A stretch of 64,000 nucleotides of DNA from Trichoplax sp. H2. Its lineage: Eukaryota. Below the pieces are notes generated by a model that saw only the letters and a program-made list of their open reading frames with translations, was not told the origin of the DNA and made no database searches. Of the stretch, positions 12,501-25,871 are shown one piece after another. Where the stretch lies: contig NOWV01000127.1 in NCBI GenBank assembly GCA_003344405.1, positions 124,001 through 188,000 on the forward strand, given 5' to 3'. Within the stretch, counting starts at the first letter, position 1. Each line of letters begins with the position of its first letter. The position numbers and the translations under genes are program-made.

Positions 12501-13050
12501 TGATATTGGTAATGGTTGAGTAATTTTTATAATCTCCATTTTGGCGATAATTCAATTCATAGCTAAAAAGATTGAAATGTAATCGTGATAGAAACAATAT
12601 CACTGTCCTAGTTAAACTTTAAAAGGAATAAATACTTTATCAATCTTTGTTTTACTATGATTGAACGCTTGAATCAATTTTGGATTGATCCCATATTCAA
12701 TGATTGGCCTAAACATTTATCCTTGAACATTGAATATACTATCTTTAAAGCAAGACCACATCATTGATGCATCTCATAACTAAGTTACAAGTTGAATTGG
12801 CAAGAACAGTTTAATCAAGTACCACACTATTTCCTCTTTCAATTTTTCTCGCCTTTTTCTTTTCTTTTTTATCGTCATTTAAAGTCAGTGCTAAATAATC
12901 TGAAGAATACTCTTGAATATCACCTCTTACTTGCCCGCTTCAGTTCTATTTGTCTGATTTATTTTAACGTCCAATCTCCTTACCTTGAACTTCTAAAGTC
13001 ATTAATTTATCTACAAATGTTGATTGGATTCTATCATAGCAGCAAGTAAA
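9560..13050 (-). pseudogene. Heavily decayed NB-ARC (Apaf-1-like)-TPR gene remnant
   Basis: Fragments in the expected order on the minus strand, with many stops and frameshifts: WLIIHGD (pre-P-loop, ~12300), LLV-DDI (Walker B-like, ~11845), RILSL.EQFP.ALTA and RRWRSIAKK (GLPL region, ~11170-11260), HDS (~10900), TPR-like EIA*TIYNHG (~10100) and VLDNLALIY...KALRIQ (~9720-9800). Confidence 0.42.
11399..11975. repeat. Decayed tandem repeat, three units of ~228 bp
   Basis: taatc(g/a)aataa...agttaatc...aatacg...agaa recurs at ~11399, ~11628 and ~11854. Confidence 0.7.
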
Positions 13051-13477
13051 TTACCATTGATATTACAATATTTGTATAGTTAATCTTTGGTAGGCACGGA
13101 AAGAGTGAGGTTGTATTAATACTAAATTTATTTAATTCTTATTGTATTATTTCCCTATTAAATTTTATAGCTAATCACTGTTTATCTTGCCAATCAATTC
13201 AAGCAATCATATGATCACAGTATCAAGGCAGGAAAGAGGTATGGTAGGCAATGTAAAGTATTAATTAATCAAGAAAATGTTAGTCGTCGTAATTATTTGA
13301 ATTTTTTTCTATAACAATAGAAGATACTATTTAATAGGTAGGAATACGAAGTATTTATTTCAAAATTGAATCATTTATCCTTATAAAGTGAATAGCAACG
13401 CATATTTATCAGTTAATAGTTTGTCTCAATATATTTTAAAGCGTACGAAGAAATTCTTAGCGTTAATAAATCTCGTT

Positions 13478-16400
13478 ATGGGCATTTCTTATAGCAACAA
13501 CGATATGGTAAATAACAATCCTGCATTAGAAGAATTTCATATTGAACTTACTGATAATCGAAGTAGTTATCGAAATGGACAAATACTATCTGGTGTCGTT
13601 ACCATTCAACCCAAGGAGCAGTGGCAGGCTAAGCAAATATGGATTGAAATTGTCGGGGTAGGCCATTCAAGGATTCGAGCTTTGCAGGCTTTCCGAAAGA
13701 GAAAGACGGCATCTTTAGCTAGAATGGGTAGTATAACTGGTTTCTTAGAAGAAACAGAAACTTATTTTAAGCAGAAAAAAGTTCTATGGGGCAAAGAAGG
13801 TATAGCATTGTTTTAAATTTGTAGAATTTATTCTAGCGTAAGCGGATACTTTGAATACGAGATATTCAATTATTTTTTCTTTTCTTTTGTGATTGTACGG
13901 CCATTTCTTTCAAATTTGACTATTATTAATGTTCAACAAACTTTGATTTATATCAACGATAGCTTGTGGCGATTGCCCTTGCTGTTTAAATTCAGATTTT
14001 AGCCCAGAACAATTAACTGCTCTATCCCTACGAAGGCATCGATTCCCATTTAGTTTTATGATTACTGGCGATCAATTACCTTCCTCTTTTGAAAATAATC
14101 ATTGCTATATACGTTATTCATTGCAAGCTTGTATTGAAAAATTGAATGGAATAGATCATTCTGCTAGTAGAGTTTTTACACTATTGGAGAATAGTGATGT
14201 AAATCGTTCAGAATATAAGGTATGGCCATTTTCAAGCAATTTACATCACCTAGGAAATCAATCTGTTTTAACATGCAGTTCCGTGATGATTACTAAAAAA
14301 TGGATCACATCTCATGTCGGTGTTGATTCCTATTCTAGATGCCTCCACCAATCTTTGAGAAAGAAACTTACTTTCGTTGTTACAATTGTCGTTCTGGTCC
14401 ATTGCGATTATTTGCAAATATTGACCATAGTGGCTATGTTCCTGGTGATACCCTTAATCTTGATGTAACCATCGAGAATTCTACCGATGCAACTGTCGAT
14501 CGGATGGATGCTTCTTTAATGCAGTGCATTACTATTAAGGCTCAGAATGGTTACCAAAATGAGCGAAAAACTTGTGTTTCTGTTCAGGATGAAGAATCGG
14601 TTCGGCCTGGAGATGTTAAAAGATGGGCCAATAAATCTATCATCATTCCAAATCTTACACCTACCATTCGCAGCAGTGGCGTTATTAAATTGGATTATTT
14701 ATTAGAGGTTGGTATTTATTTCTGGGCATTTTAGTCGATTTTATCCTACTATTCGCAACAGTAGTATTGACTAAAGTGAGTTAATTATTTCGAGTTGGAG
14801 TTAATTTCTATGATTTTTAGTTGATTTTATCCTACTATTTGCATCAGCAGTATTGTCTAAGTGAGTTAGTTATTTCGGGTGGGAGTTAATTTCTGCAGTT
14901 TTCTAGTTGACTTTATCCTGCCATTCGTAATAGCACAGTATAGTATTATTGTAGTATTCAACTGGGTTGATTATATGAAAATTGTATTACTTTCTGCCAA
15001 TTTTAGTCGCAGAATTACAGTATTGATTGTAATTGAATTGATTATTTGAGCATGATGTTATTTTATGGAATTCTAGTTACAAAAGTACAGTGAAAGCTGG
15101 GTTACTTTTTCCAAAAAGGGTTCATTTATGAAATTTCTAGTTAATTTTTACTTACCGTCCTCAGCAGTAGTATTACAGTTTTGAAACCGGGTTGGGTTTT
15201 AGAAGAGAGTGTTTTTTCCACAATTTCTAGTTGATTTCAACTACCATCCACAACAGCAGTGTTAGAGTTTTCTATTGAACTGACGATTATAGGATAATGC
15301 TCATTAGTGAAAGTTCTAGTTGATTTCACCTACCTTCTCCAGTAGCAGAATTCGAATGTTAAATTAGATTAGCTATGAGAGGATGATGTTCATATCTCGA
15401 ATTTCTAACTGAATTCATTTCTAAAATTGCTATTATATCGGGTTAATTATTATCTACGTGTGTATAATTATCCAGATGCTCAATATCGTTATCTTTTGTT
15501 GACAAGCTACATGCATATAAATATATAAATTAGCCTTAATAGTTATTATGGGTTAAGTCATAGAGGTCAATAATCTCTATGGACTCAGTATAAAAATATA
15601 GAATACTATCCTACATGAAATTATAAATTTCATGAGTTTGTGATAACTGTTTGTAGTGCAGTCCAGTGGAATGATTTTAACTAGTAAATATTGTGCAATA
15701 GTTATTATTCAATTAAAAACTAACGGGTTATAAATCGAATCCAGACATAGAATCCAAAAATACTTGCTTGTTAATTTGATTTGGACTAAATATCGCATGA
15801 CCTTAGTCTCTAACAATAACTACGGAAACCATGACAGCTTGTTGTTTGACTTTATATGTGAAAGTTTAACGATGTGCAAAGCTACTCTTGCGAGATTATA
15901 GAATAGTGAGAACGTTGATAGTTCAATTCACTTGCCGCAATTTAGCTAACTGTAAAGTAGATTTAGACTGACGATTATCTAATTAGATCCCTAAAAATGA
16001 AACGATTTCAACTTTTAGTCTCCTTTGTCCACTCGATTAGATTCATTATTCAATGATAAAAAATGTTTGAGAAATCGATTATTAACATGATATAAATTAG
16101 TAATGATATGCCTCATTTATTACATTTCTAGATCGCTGTAGCTGTGAAGAACAAAAATTTAATTACAGCAACATTTCCAATTGTTATTGGTACACCGGGT
16201 ATAAATGAATTAGAAAAGGAAGATTCCGTTTCGTCTGGTAAATAAAATAAATAATATCCATTCTGTATTTGCGCCTTAGTTGAATCTATTCATGACCATA
16301 ACGACCTTGTTATTGAAGTAGCAATTGTTACTAGCTATAATTAATTGCATGATTTTCATTATCGGCTATTGATTTTCATTCTAGTAGGTAGAATAGCAAT

Positions 16401-16539
16401 TCCAAATTCATCGCTAAGCCAAGATAAGATAGATACAGCCAAGAGTAGCGGCAATGTCATCCGTAGAAATATTAACGGGGAACAAGCATTAAGCGACCGT
16501 TGTCCAAGAATACTTATTAGTATAGAGAGCACAGTATAA
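13478..16539 (+). CDS. Alpha-arrestin (ARRDC/TXNIP-like) paralogue A. Exons 13478-13799, 13963-14219, 14339-14707, 16132-16237, ~16385-16539
   Basis: Arrestin_N motifs (YRNGQILSGVV, IWIEIVGVG, ETYF, HRFPFSF, LPSSFE..HCYIRYSLQACIE) and Arrestin_C motifs (SGYVPGD, IENST, IPNLTPTI, IKLDYLLE, PIVIGT). GT-AG junctions are in consistent phase. Confidence 0.9.
14729..15420. repeat. Degenerate ~88-bp minisatellite (about 8 units) in alpha-arrestin A intron 3
   Basis: tt(c/t)tagttgatttt..cctac...cagcagtatt recurs at roughly 85-95 bp spacing. Confidence 0.8.
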
Positions 16540-17079
16540 GTAATTTAAAACATAGTAGTCAGAGAAGGATTAGAATAAGTTTCTTCCCCTCTTTCTTTCC
16601 TAGAACTTAGAAGTATTATATTGACAGCAGATAATGGAATAGATAATAGTTCTAGGATCAGTAAGTGTATTGACGATTCTGTACCATAAATTAATCTTTT
16701 AAATTGATTTCAATTCCATTGTAAGACTTTGCTTATTCTTGTAATATAAAAGTTAATAAATAACAATATACCCAAGTTGGGTGAAATACATTGATCTGAT
16801 TGTGAATGACTAATGGTCTCAACTTGAAAGTGTAATTTATATGAAGATCCAGCATAGAGCCAGTTTACAATCCTTTTCAGCCAAGCACTTCAGTTTCTCT
16901 CTCATCAAGTATCTCATGAATAACATTTATGACCGATTGCATGGATTAAAGTTAGCGTACTCGCAATGTATCTTATGTCTGCAGATATAGTTGTTATGAC
17001 TAGTTAAGCCTTGAAATTTGTATAAATTGTTAAAATTATTTCAAGTATGTTATTATTGAGTAGGACATGTTTTAATTTT

Positions 17080-18060
17080 GCCTATACTGTATGTATGCGT
17101 GTACCGTTGATTCTGAACACACATGTTCTTGGTTGCTTATGCTTTTACCGTCTTTTGAAGCATCTCACCAAGGCATAAGATGGTATTGGCAGTTCACAAT
17201 TCGATTCTGAGAATATATCTTATATATCTACCAGCATCATTGCCACCGTTCATCAAGCTTAGGCATGGATCGTGGATCGCAAAGTTATTTGAAGTATGTT
17301 ATTACAAAACAGAAGGTCTTATAGGTTTGCTTAAATTTTTACCGTCTTTTAAAGTATTTTATTAAGGTATAAGATGGATTGACGAACTAGAAATGTTAAG
17401 CGTTGGAACTTATAATGGATCGTAAAGTTATCTAAAGAGTGTTATCATAGACTGAAACATGTCCCAAGTGTAGATTCTAATAACACCATTCGCGCTATCT
17501 TTTGCTTCCTTTTTAATGAAGGTGCTTTATTAAAGCATAAGATAGCATTAGCGATTTAGAATCAGGATTCTGGATCATATCCCTGTTAACATACATTGCC
17601 AAAGCTTGCTAAGAGTTGGCGTTAATACTGTAAAGCTTTTTAACGTGTATTATTATAAAATAGAAAGTATTGCAGGTTTACGACTCGTAGTTCAATTTTA
17701 ACGGAAGTGTCTAATTAAAGCAAAGGATGGTATTAGTAGTTTAGAATCAGAATTCTGGAAATAAATTTTAAAGCTATTAAGCGTAGTTGCCATGCTAGTT
17801 AACTGTAGGTATTTATAGCGAATTTTATGATTGTTCGATGTATGCTGTTTTGATTAAATAGAAAATTTTTCCACACTAGATTTAATTTTTACCTCGTAAT
17901 TGATCTCACGAAGGCCTAAGAAGATGTGTATTTTTCTCGTTTGCAATTAGAATTCTGGAAAGATACCTTGTATTTGTTACCCTTAACTTAGTATACCTGT
18001 CACGATTAGCCAAACGTAGGCATTGATGGCGAATCTTCGAGTTATTTGAAGTATGGAGTT
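17080..18060. repeat. Degenerate ~190-bp tandem repeat (about 5 units) between the two alpha-arrestins
   Basis: aaggcataagatggtattg/aaagcataagatagcattag...gattctgg recurs near 17170, 17365, 17532, 17717 and 17915. Confidence 0.72.
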
Positions 18061-18614
18061 ATTACTATTAAATATTGTCGCTGTTTTCATGAATCTATCC
18101 AATAATTAAATGTATAATTTTCAAACTATGGAGTAGTAAGAACTTTATGTCTTAAAAAGCAATCACCGTTTCCAACTTTCTGTGGAACTTTATCGAAAGA
18201 TGGACAATTCTGATCTCTTCTTATATCTTAAATTGTTTAATACCATATAGAACCAGGTTGAAGCTTCTTATTAACACTAAATAATGCTATAAAACTATAT
18301 CAACGAGTAGATAAATAGCTTTAGCCAGACTTTCAAAAACTGTTATCCCTATATTTCCATCTATAGACTTTTATATGACGAGAAAAATGGCTCGTTTCAA
18401 CCCTTCAGAATATTTATTCTATGGTCAATCATTATTGCCATATTTAATCATGGAGAAATGATCCAAACGACTTCATCTCTCTTCTCGCCAAATATGTCAA
18501 TAGAGTAAAATTCAAGTCGAGTTATTTTACGCAGTGTTTCACATCAATAACATAATCCTTGCGAAGATTACTCCCAATTCAGCAAGGCGAGATTGGAAAC
18601 GATTATATATTATC

Positions 18615-21567
18615 ATGAATCATTTAGACGAATTTAATATTGAGATTCCCGATGGTAGTCATATTTTACGACGCGGTCAGCAATTAACAGGCTTAATCAG
18701 ATTAAAACCTAAGGAAACATGGATAGCGAAATGTCTTTGGATCGAATTTTATGGTCGAGCAAGTATAAAAGCTAACAACGCAAATTTGTCAACATATCGG
18801 CAACGACGGGGTCGAAGATTTATGCTTTATGATCTCTACACAGAAAAAACTGAATTGTTCTTTAAAGTCAAGAAATGTCTGTGGGGATTCAATGGTAAAA
18901 TGGCTACAGTCCAATCATGACTTAAAATCCAATAACTTGAATAAGCATAACTAAATTAAATTTTTCCTGAGTGAGTAAGCCAATAATTTATAATTAAGTT
19001 TTCCTTTATAACTATGAATAATTTAGGATTACCTGATGAATCTGAGAATTCGAAACTCATGGACAATCCTTGTCATTTGAAAATTTTAGCCGCTAAATCT
19101 CATCAGTTTTCCTTTGCTTTTTTCGTACCTAATGACGAATTACCTTCCTCTATCGAAGGTGATCGATTCTATGTTCGATATTCCCTTCGAGCATGCATTG
19201 AAAAGCTTAACGGAAGGGATTACTTCATGGAAAGGATTTTAACATTGAGAACTCCAGTTGACGTCAATTCATTCAATTTCATCGTAAGTAAAAATTAGCG
19301 AATGATTGCCTTGTATTTAGGACTCTATTAAAATTCAACGTTGCAACGAATTTAGCCATGTCAATTTGTTTATTAGTCTTCTTTCTAGCACAGCTGCTTA
19401 GCATTGGAAAGTTGATTTCACTCACAGTTTTAAGAATTCATTGTGAGATGCTTTGAATTACTGTTTGCAACTTGGCTGTTGCAAAACAATCGCTTTCCTA
19501 GCTATTAATCTGAACTAATTTCATAAAAGATTATTGTGTTATGACGTGAGCAGTTGTGGCAGGCTTATCCTAGAATACTTACGTTAAATCTTTCATCGTT
19601 ATGTGATTATGGCATATATTTTGCACTTAATCACATAAATAGCAATCTAACCTAAACAAGTTAAATAGCAGCTAAATAACCTACTAATAGTAATGATGTC
19701 TACCTGAATTATCAAAGTAATTATCGTTATTGATATTTTTATTGGCATTATTGCATAAAAACTAACGCAAATATTTTGGTTCTAATAGCTAACGATTGTT
19801 TGGTAATACGAGATCAATCCAAATAGATTTAGGAAATGTTAAAGTAGCTTCGAAACAAGTTCAAAGCTAATCATTGTTTGAGTATCTAATTTAAGCTTTA
19901 GGATGTTCTATCTTTCCTACGAAGTCCATTATTCTACTCTATCCATACACTAGAATATCGATCCCTTTTATTTATAGTTTATTTTCATCACTCGATAACG
20001 AAAGACAGCTTATGCGAGCAATGTCTACTAATTCGATTGTCTTGACTACTATCGATTAAGCCCTTATTAAGTTTGCCATGATTGCGTAATTATCTTTCTG
20101 ATCAGAAACGACGGTTAAAATTCAAGTTAAGAATATAAATCAAAAAGAATGTAATAAATCGCATTTTAGCTCTGCAATAAATCGAGTATAGGTCGATATT
20201 AAAGTAATGTGAGTGAGTTGAAAAAAGTACTTGGACCTTCGTTATATTGACGTTCATTTTCACTTAAAAATGATTACTTTAGATCCCGCCACTATCCTAC
20301 CAAGCCGAGAGAGTTGTTACTAGCTGGTGTTGTCATTCTAGACCAGTACGATTGTTAGTCTCCATTAATCGCAATGGTTATTACCCTGGTGAAGATATTT
20401 CATTTAGCGTAAAAGCTACAAATAAAACTAGAAAAGTCCTTGGCAAGATCAAAGTGAAACTCTATCAGGTATTGAATTCTAGATTTGTTAGAGGCCCACA
20501 ACGTAAATGCTACGCTCGTCAGCAGTATGATCGCAAGCTTGGACCTGGTGATACCATCTTTTGGCAAAATGGTAGAATAACTATTCCTAATATTCCACCT
20601 ACCATTCAAGCTTGTGCACTAGCTCGCATTGATTACGAAGTGCAGGTTGGTCCTTCATAGAAAGTTGCTTTAGTTAATGTTTATCCCTATTAAAATCAGA
20701 AAGACTTTGACATTTTACTTTACTGATTCCATTAAAATAAAAAAGAATTCTATGCAACTATTTCCGTTGATATCATACCTTGCTCATAGTACCTACAAAC
20801 CAGAGTATTCCTAAAATAAAAGTGAATTAGAAAATATTTATCGCATTATACTGTACTGTATTGCACCTATTCTAGAAAAGCCGAAATTATTCAAGATTGA
20901 ATCTTATCTATTTTAGTTGATGTCAAAAAATAGGCAATTGCGTAATACTGAAATTTTATTGAATACTCGTGACTGAATTTATTTTTGCTTTGCTATAGTA
21001 CCTGTTTAACTTAATTATTAAATCTTTAGATACTTTTCCTTGCTATCTTAATTAATTTGATACGTTTAGATCGAATACAAAGGGAAGTAGTTGATTTTCA
21101 TTATTTTTAATTTTTAATCATCCATAGATAACTAGGCTTCAATTGTAATTGGCAGAGTGTAAGATAAGTGAGACTAAATTCAATTTACAAATGTATCTAT
21201 CTACTGACACAGGCAATAGTACCTATACCCTTCGATCATGACATTATAGTAGCATTTAAGATTGTCATTGGGACTGAACCAGTTCAAACTACTCTATCGC
21301 ATCAAGAAAATACATTGCGTAAGTTACGATACATAGAATTCATCATGCACGTTGTCTTGAAATATTGCTGTACTACAGATTTCAAAACTGACAATATATA
21401 GGGCGGTAAACATAATATTATTTCACATAATAGGACAATCAACACATCGTATACGTCAATTCAGTTGCGATGAAATTGAAGAGATCACTAGAAAATTTAA
21501 AAATACCATGACATGGGAGAATGATGATGATTTTGGATATAAAGACAGCTTGGAGACTACCGTGTAA
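18615..21567 (+). CDS. Alpha-arrestin (ARRDC-like) paralogue B. Exons 18615-18894, 19027-19283, 20283-20645, 21213-21318, 21434-21567; start codon uncertain
   Basis: Same arrestin motifs (GQQLTG, LWIEFYG, HQFSFAF, LPSSIEG..YVRYSLRACIE, NGYYPGE, IPNIPPTI, IDYEVQ, KIVIGT). Exon 2 (257 bp) and exon 4 (106 bp) have the same lengths as in paralogue A. Confidence 0.88.
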
Positions 21568-22085
21568 AGTACCAGTATACTCTTAAAAATTCCGTAAACT
21601 TTAAGAAGCTGTATAAAATACGATAAGATAAAGCAGCTGCTCTCCTACTTTATGCAGTACGAATCTTTGTCTTGGATTTTGTCAATAGAAACGATGAAGC
21701 ATTTGTTATTGCGTATTTTTGCCGCTTAACAATTACAGCATCAAGCCTAGTTTGAGAAATGAATCTGATAATACACAATTGGCTAATGTTTAGTAATCGC
21801 TATGAATCTTTAAAAAAAATCATATTTTGCAGTAAATCTAGGCAACTGTAGGGAGTTTGATAAGTGTTGCTACTGTTTTGTTATAAGTTCTGTTTATTAT
21901 GCTATAAATGATATGCTTTATTCATCTTTTGCAGCTTCTTTTAACATAGAATAACTTGAAGCTTAGTTTACGAGATCGGTTGTTAAACTTTTGGCAAGTT
22001 TGATATGTATAACTCTGTTCAAAATCATATAATTATAATGCTTTTAATTGTTGATAAAAGTGTCTACACGACTGCTGTATGTTCA

Positions 22086-25000
22086 TCAGCGCAATAAGCT
22101 TGCTGCTGTTGTAAGTTGAGTATCAGAATCTTCCAGCTTTATATGCTCTTTCCGATTCCCTTCTTTCAGCATTTCTAGGGTTATCTTTTGTTCTTGATTT
22201 TTCTTGTTGTGGGTTACAGCAACATGAATGTCGCAGTTAGGTTGAATCAAATCACGCTCATGAGCAGCCGCTAATTGATTAATGATACGTTTTTCGGTCT
22301 AGAGAAAAGTAAGAAATTATAGTAAAGTATTAAATCTGCGTCGCTTCGTTAAAAATATTATTTCTTAAGAAATAGCTAAGGAATTTATAATATGACCACT
22401 TTACCTCATATTTAATCGATCTAGCGCCATAATAAACGTCATATCCGTCCGCAATAACCTCGAGAACTTCTTTGTCCCAAGTTAAATTAATATTGTGTCT
22501 ATGCTTTGCCTATATAAAACAAAATATAGTTGAAGGAAACAGCGTTGATACTTTAAGAGGAGTGAATCTATTCAGAAATGCTATATATACTGTATACTGT
22601 GCGTACAATTTTCGACCAATAGCATAATTCCTTGTTAACCAGTAGTAATAGTTCAGATCGAGAAAACGGTAGAAAATATAGTATTTCGTTAATTCTTCCA
22701 AGAAATTCATCGCGCCTAAAATGACTCTATATAAAATCGGATAATGTACATTTATTTAATTTTCAGTATTTTAATTTCGTTGCAAAGTAGAAAATGTACT
22801 GTATCATTTATCCAATCATAAAATGTTTAATTGAATGATTACTTTTAAAATTGGCTTTATGACTTTATCGCAAAAACTTTTAGACAGGGTAATTTTATCT
22901 TCTAAATCGCTAATTTCTTCGATGAATAGAAATAGAAATTAGGTTTAGTACAGATAGACATACAGTTAAATTATTAAGAATAGATAAAACTGAAAATCCT
23001 CAAGCCGGAAACGATGGAAGCATGGATTAATTAAAATTATAATTGAAAGATTACTGTACAAATTCTAACCAGCATCTGATTTCTTTCTTTCGATAGCTAA
23101 TTCTTTGGCTTTTTTTCTCAATTCCATTGCATAATTTGCAATTTCGGCATTGCCGAGGTTGCACGTCATTATAAATATAGCGTCTTTACAGTCTATAGTT
23201 TTACCTTTCCCGTCAGTAAGCCGCCCCTGTAAGAGTTAAATAGATAGTTGGATAGATAAAGCTTCACTACTTTTTAAATTTTTATCTGTATTAGATACAA
23301 TTTAGCGGTTACCAGTCACTATTGAGTCAGTATCATGTATTCAGAGAGGTTTACCTCATCAAACAATTGAAGTAAAATTGTCAATACGTCAGGATGTGCT
23401 TTATCAACCTATAAGACATTACCGGATATTTTGGTACAATATTAAGGGAAATTAGGATATAGCACTCCTAGAATTTTAATGTCACATAAATCTCTCCATG
23501 GCATAAATGAACGGCGTTACGAGTACTAACCTCATCGAGTAAAACAACAGCGTTGGAACACTTCTTTAAACGTTTTGTTAATTGACCACCTTCGTCATGA
23601 CCAATATATCCTGGAGGTGAACCAATCATTTTTGCTACCTGAAAGGGTACGAGTTACGAGCAAGCGTGTGAGCAATATAAACATGTAGTTTCAATATATG
23701 ATATTAAAGATTGCCTCGTGTTTTTCTTGATATTCAGACATATCGAGTCGAATAAAGCCCTAACATAAATTGGGAATTAAAACGCTAAGGATTTGATCAC
23801 ATTTGTAACTGAAAAATGAACAAATCATTGCAAACATGCTATTGATTACGTTTTCTAAATCCTTGTGAATATATTTTGCAACTTGCTTTGCGAGTTCAGT
23901 CTTTCCTAGTTAAATAATAAATTTTACAGTGAATGTCGTTGAATTTGCCTGTATAACTCCTCTATTTAAAGACTAGCAAATTGCTTGCATGTTAGATAAT
24001 ATTTACTATCCACACAGGTACCTATTCCTGATGAGCCAAGAAAAAGAAATACCATCGGGCGATCTTCGTTATGCCAACCATTCTCTTTTCGGCGAATTGC
24101 TAAAAGTTTGTAACGCACGATGCATGTAAAATTATTAGTTTTCATTTGATCGGTGGAACAATAATCTGAATAATTGCAGTAGTTGCACTGCTAACAAATA
24201 CAAAATGATATTACCAGAAGCAACTGCAGCAATAGGTAATTCTTGTCCAATAATTTGCTCTTTAATACGTTTTTCCAAAGGGTATCGTTTGCGTTCGACA
24301 GCAGCTTCCTTCAATTTCTGTGCTCGATACTACGCCATCACAACTCATATTAGTATCATAATTTTTACTTGATCTTAAATATTAAACGTTGACCTTCACT
24401 TCAGCATTTTTCAGCGTTTCGATAATTTCTTCATCATCGGTATACTCGACCGGCAAATGTCCCATTTGACTCTTCAAGTTCGGCGCAGCACCTGTTTATT
24501 GGACAAAATAGTCATTAATTGAAGTCATCAATGTGTACTATACAGTATTTTAGAACTGGAAAACGTTGAATCATGGCGCTTAAAATGTAAATTTACAGTT
24601 GAGCCTAATAAAATTTTATGTATGTACAGTAAACCGACCTGCTTCCAGTAATATTTCAATAATTTGAGTTTTGCGAAATAAAACGGCATAATGCAATGCA
24701 GTAAATCCTCTGCAATCATAGTTGGGTCTTAAACTGCTATTGAATTCAGCTTCTCTTTTTTGAATTACTAATACGTATACAATTTAAAATTATCGATATA
24801 ATTCAATAAAATAGCTAGTAGCCGTTGGAAATGAATAAGTTTCAGTGAGATTGATCATCTTACCTGAATAAACATCGATGCCCTTTTGCTGAGCTATACG
24901 GAATGGTGTTGAATAGAAATCACCAGCATCGACATCGGCTCCAGCATCAAGTAGCACCTTTACAGCCCTTTACGATGTCAACAAAATGTTAGCCTGGAGA

Positions 25001-25871
25001 TAAAGTGTCAATCTTAACACTAGGCTATTCATGATAAGTGTAGCGAGACGGATGGCAGTTCAAATGGAATCAAGCAGAGGTACAGTATTTACTTACTCTT
25101 GGCAACCATTAGCAGTTGCACATTGAAGAGCAGTCCAGCCTAAAGGATGGCGCTGATTGACATCAGTCCCATTTTGAATCAGCCTACCATGTCGAGATGG
25201 ATCATATCAACGTTGTTAGGGTTTTTAACGCAACCGCTTTGATATGTATTGCAGATTGTCAATTCATATAGCAAAGGTATTTTTCTATTTTCATACATTC
25301 AAGAATACGGTTGTGGTACTGACAGTACGTTAAGATGTTACCTTTTCAATATTGTAATATCATTGACCTTTGCAGCATAGCAGAGCTTGATAATTTCACC
25401 CGAGTCTGCAGACAACGCAATAGTAGAATTTGTAAATAAATGATCAATTTTGAAAAGAATTGATGTACGACAAGTAGTCTGGATTATAGTTACTATCATT
25501 ACGCTAACAGGTTTAGCTATCATCAATACTACATCAAAGGCACCAATAATTTTGTATTCCTTCTTAATCATGAATATCCGAATAGACATACCAGTCTTGC
25601 TGCAAGGTATGATGGATAACTGATCGCCATCGTTGACAGTTAAAAGGAAAAGTCCAAGTGCAGCTGTCGATAGCCACGGGACGGTACGAGCTGGGAATGA
25701 ACAAGCGGAGATCGAAGGCAAGCCATAAGAATATTTTATTCTTGATCTCCAACCATCAACAGTCTTAATGACTGGATTTGTTTGCTTCGATCGTTGTCGA
25801 AGTACAAAGATTAAACGGCCAATAAGGCGATCAGTATTGCGAGCTAATTTGCAAGCGAAATTCATCGACAT
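22086..25871 (-). CDS. CLPB: Mitochondrial disaggregase CLPB/Skd3 (ankyrin repeats plus one AAA+ domain), ~17 exons
   Basis: Arg-rich N-terminus with a hydrophobic stretch; ankyrin motifs [16 protein letters not shown] and [129 protein letters not shown]. Stop TGA at 22086-22088. Confidence 0.96.
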
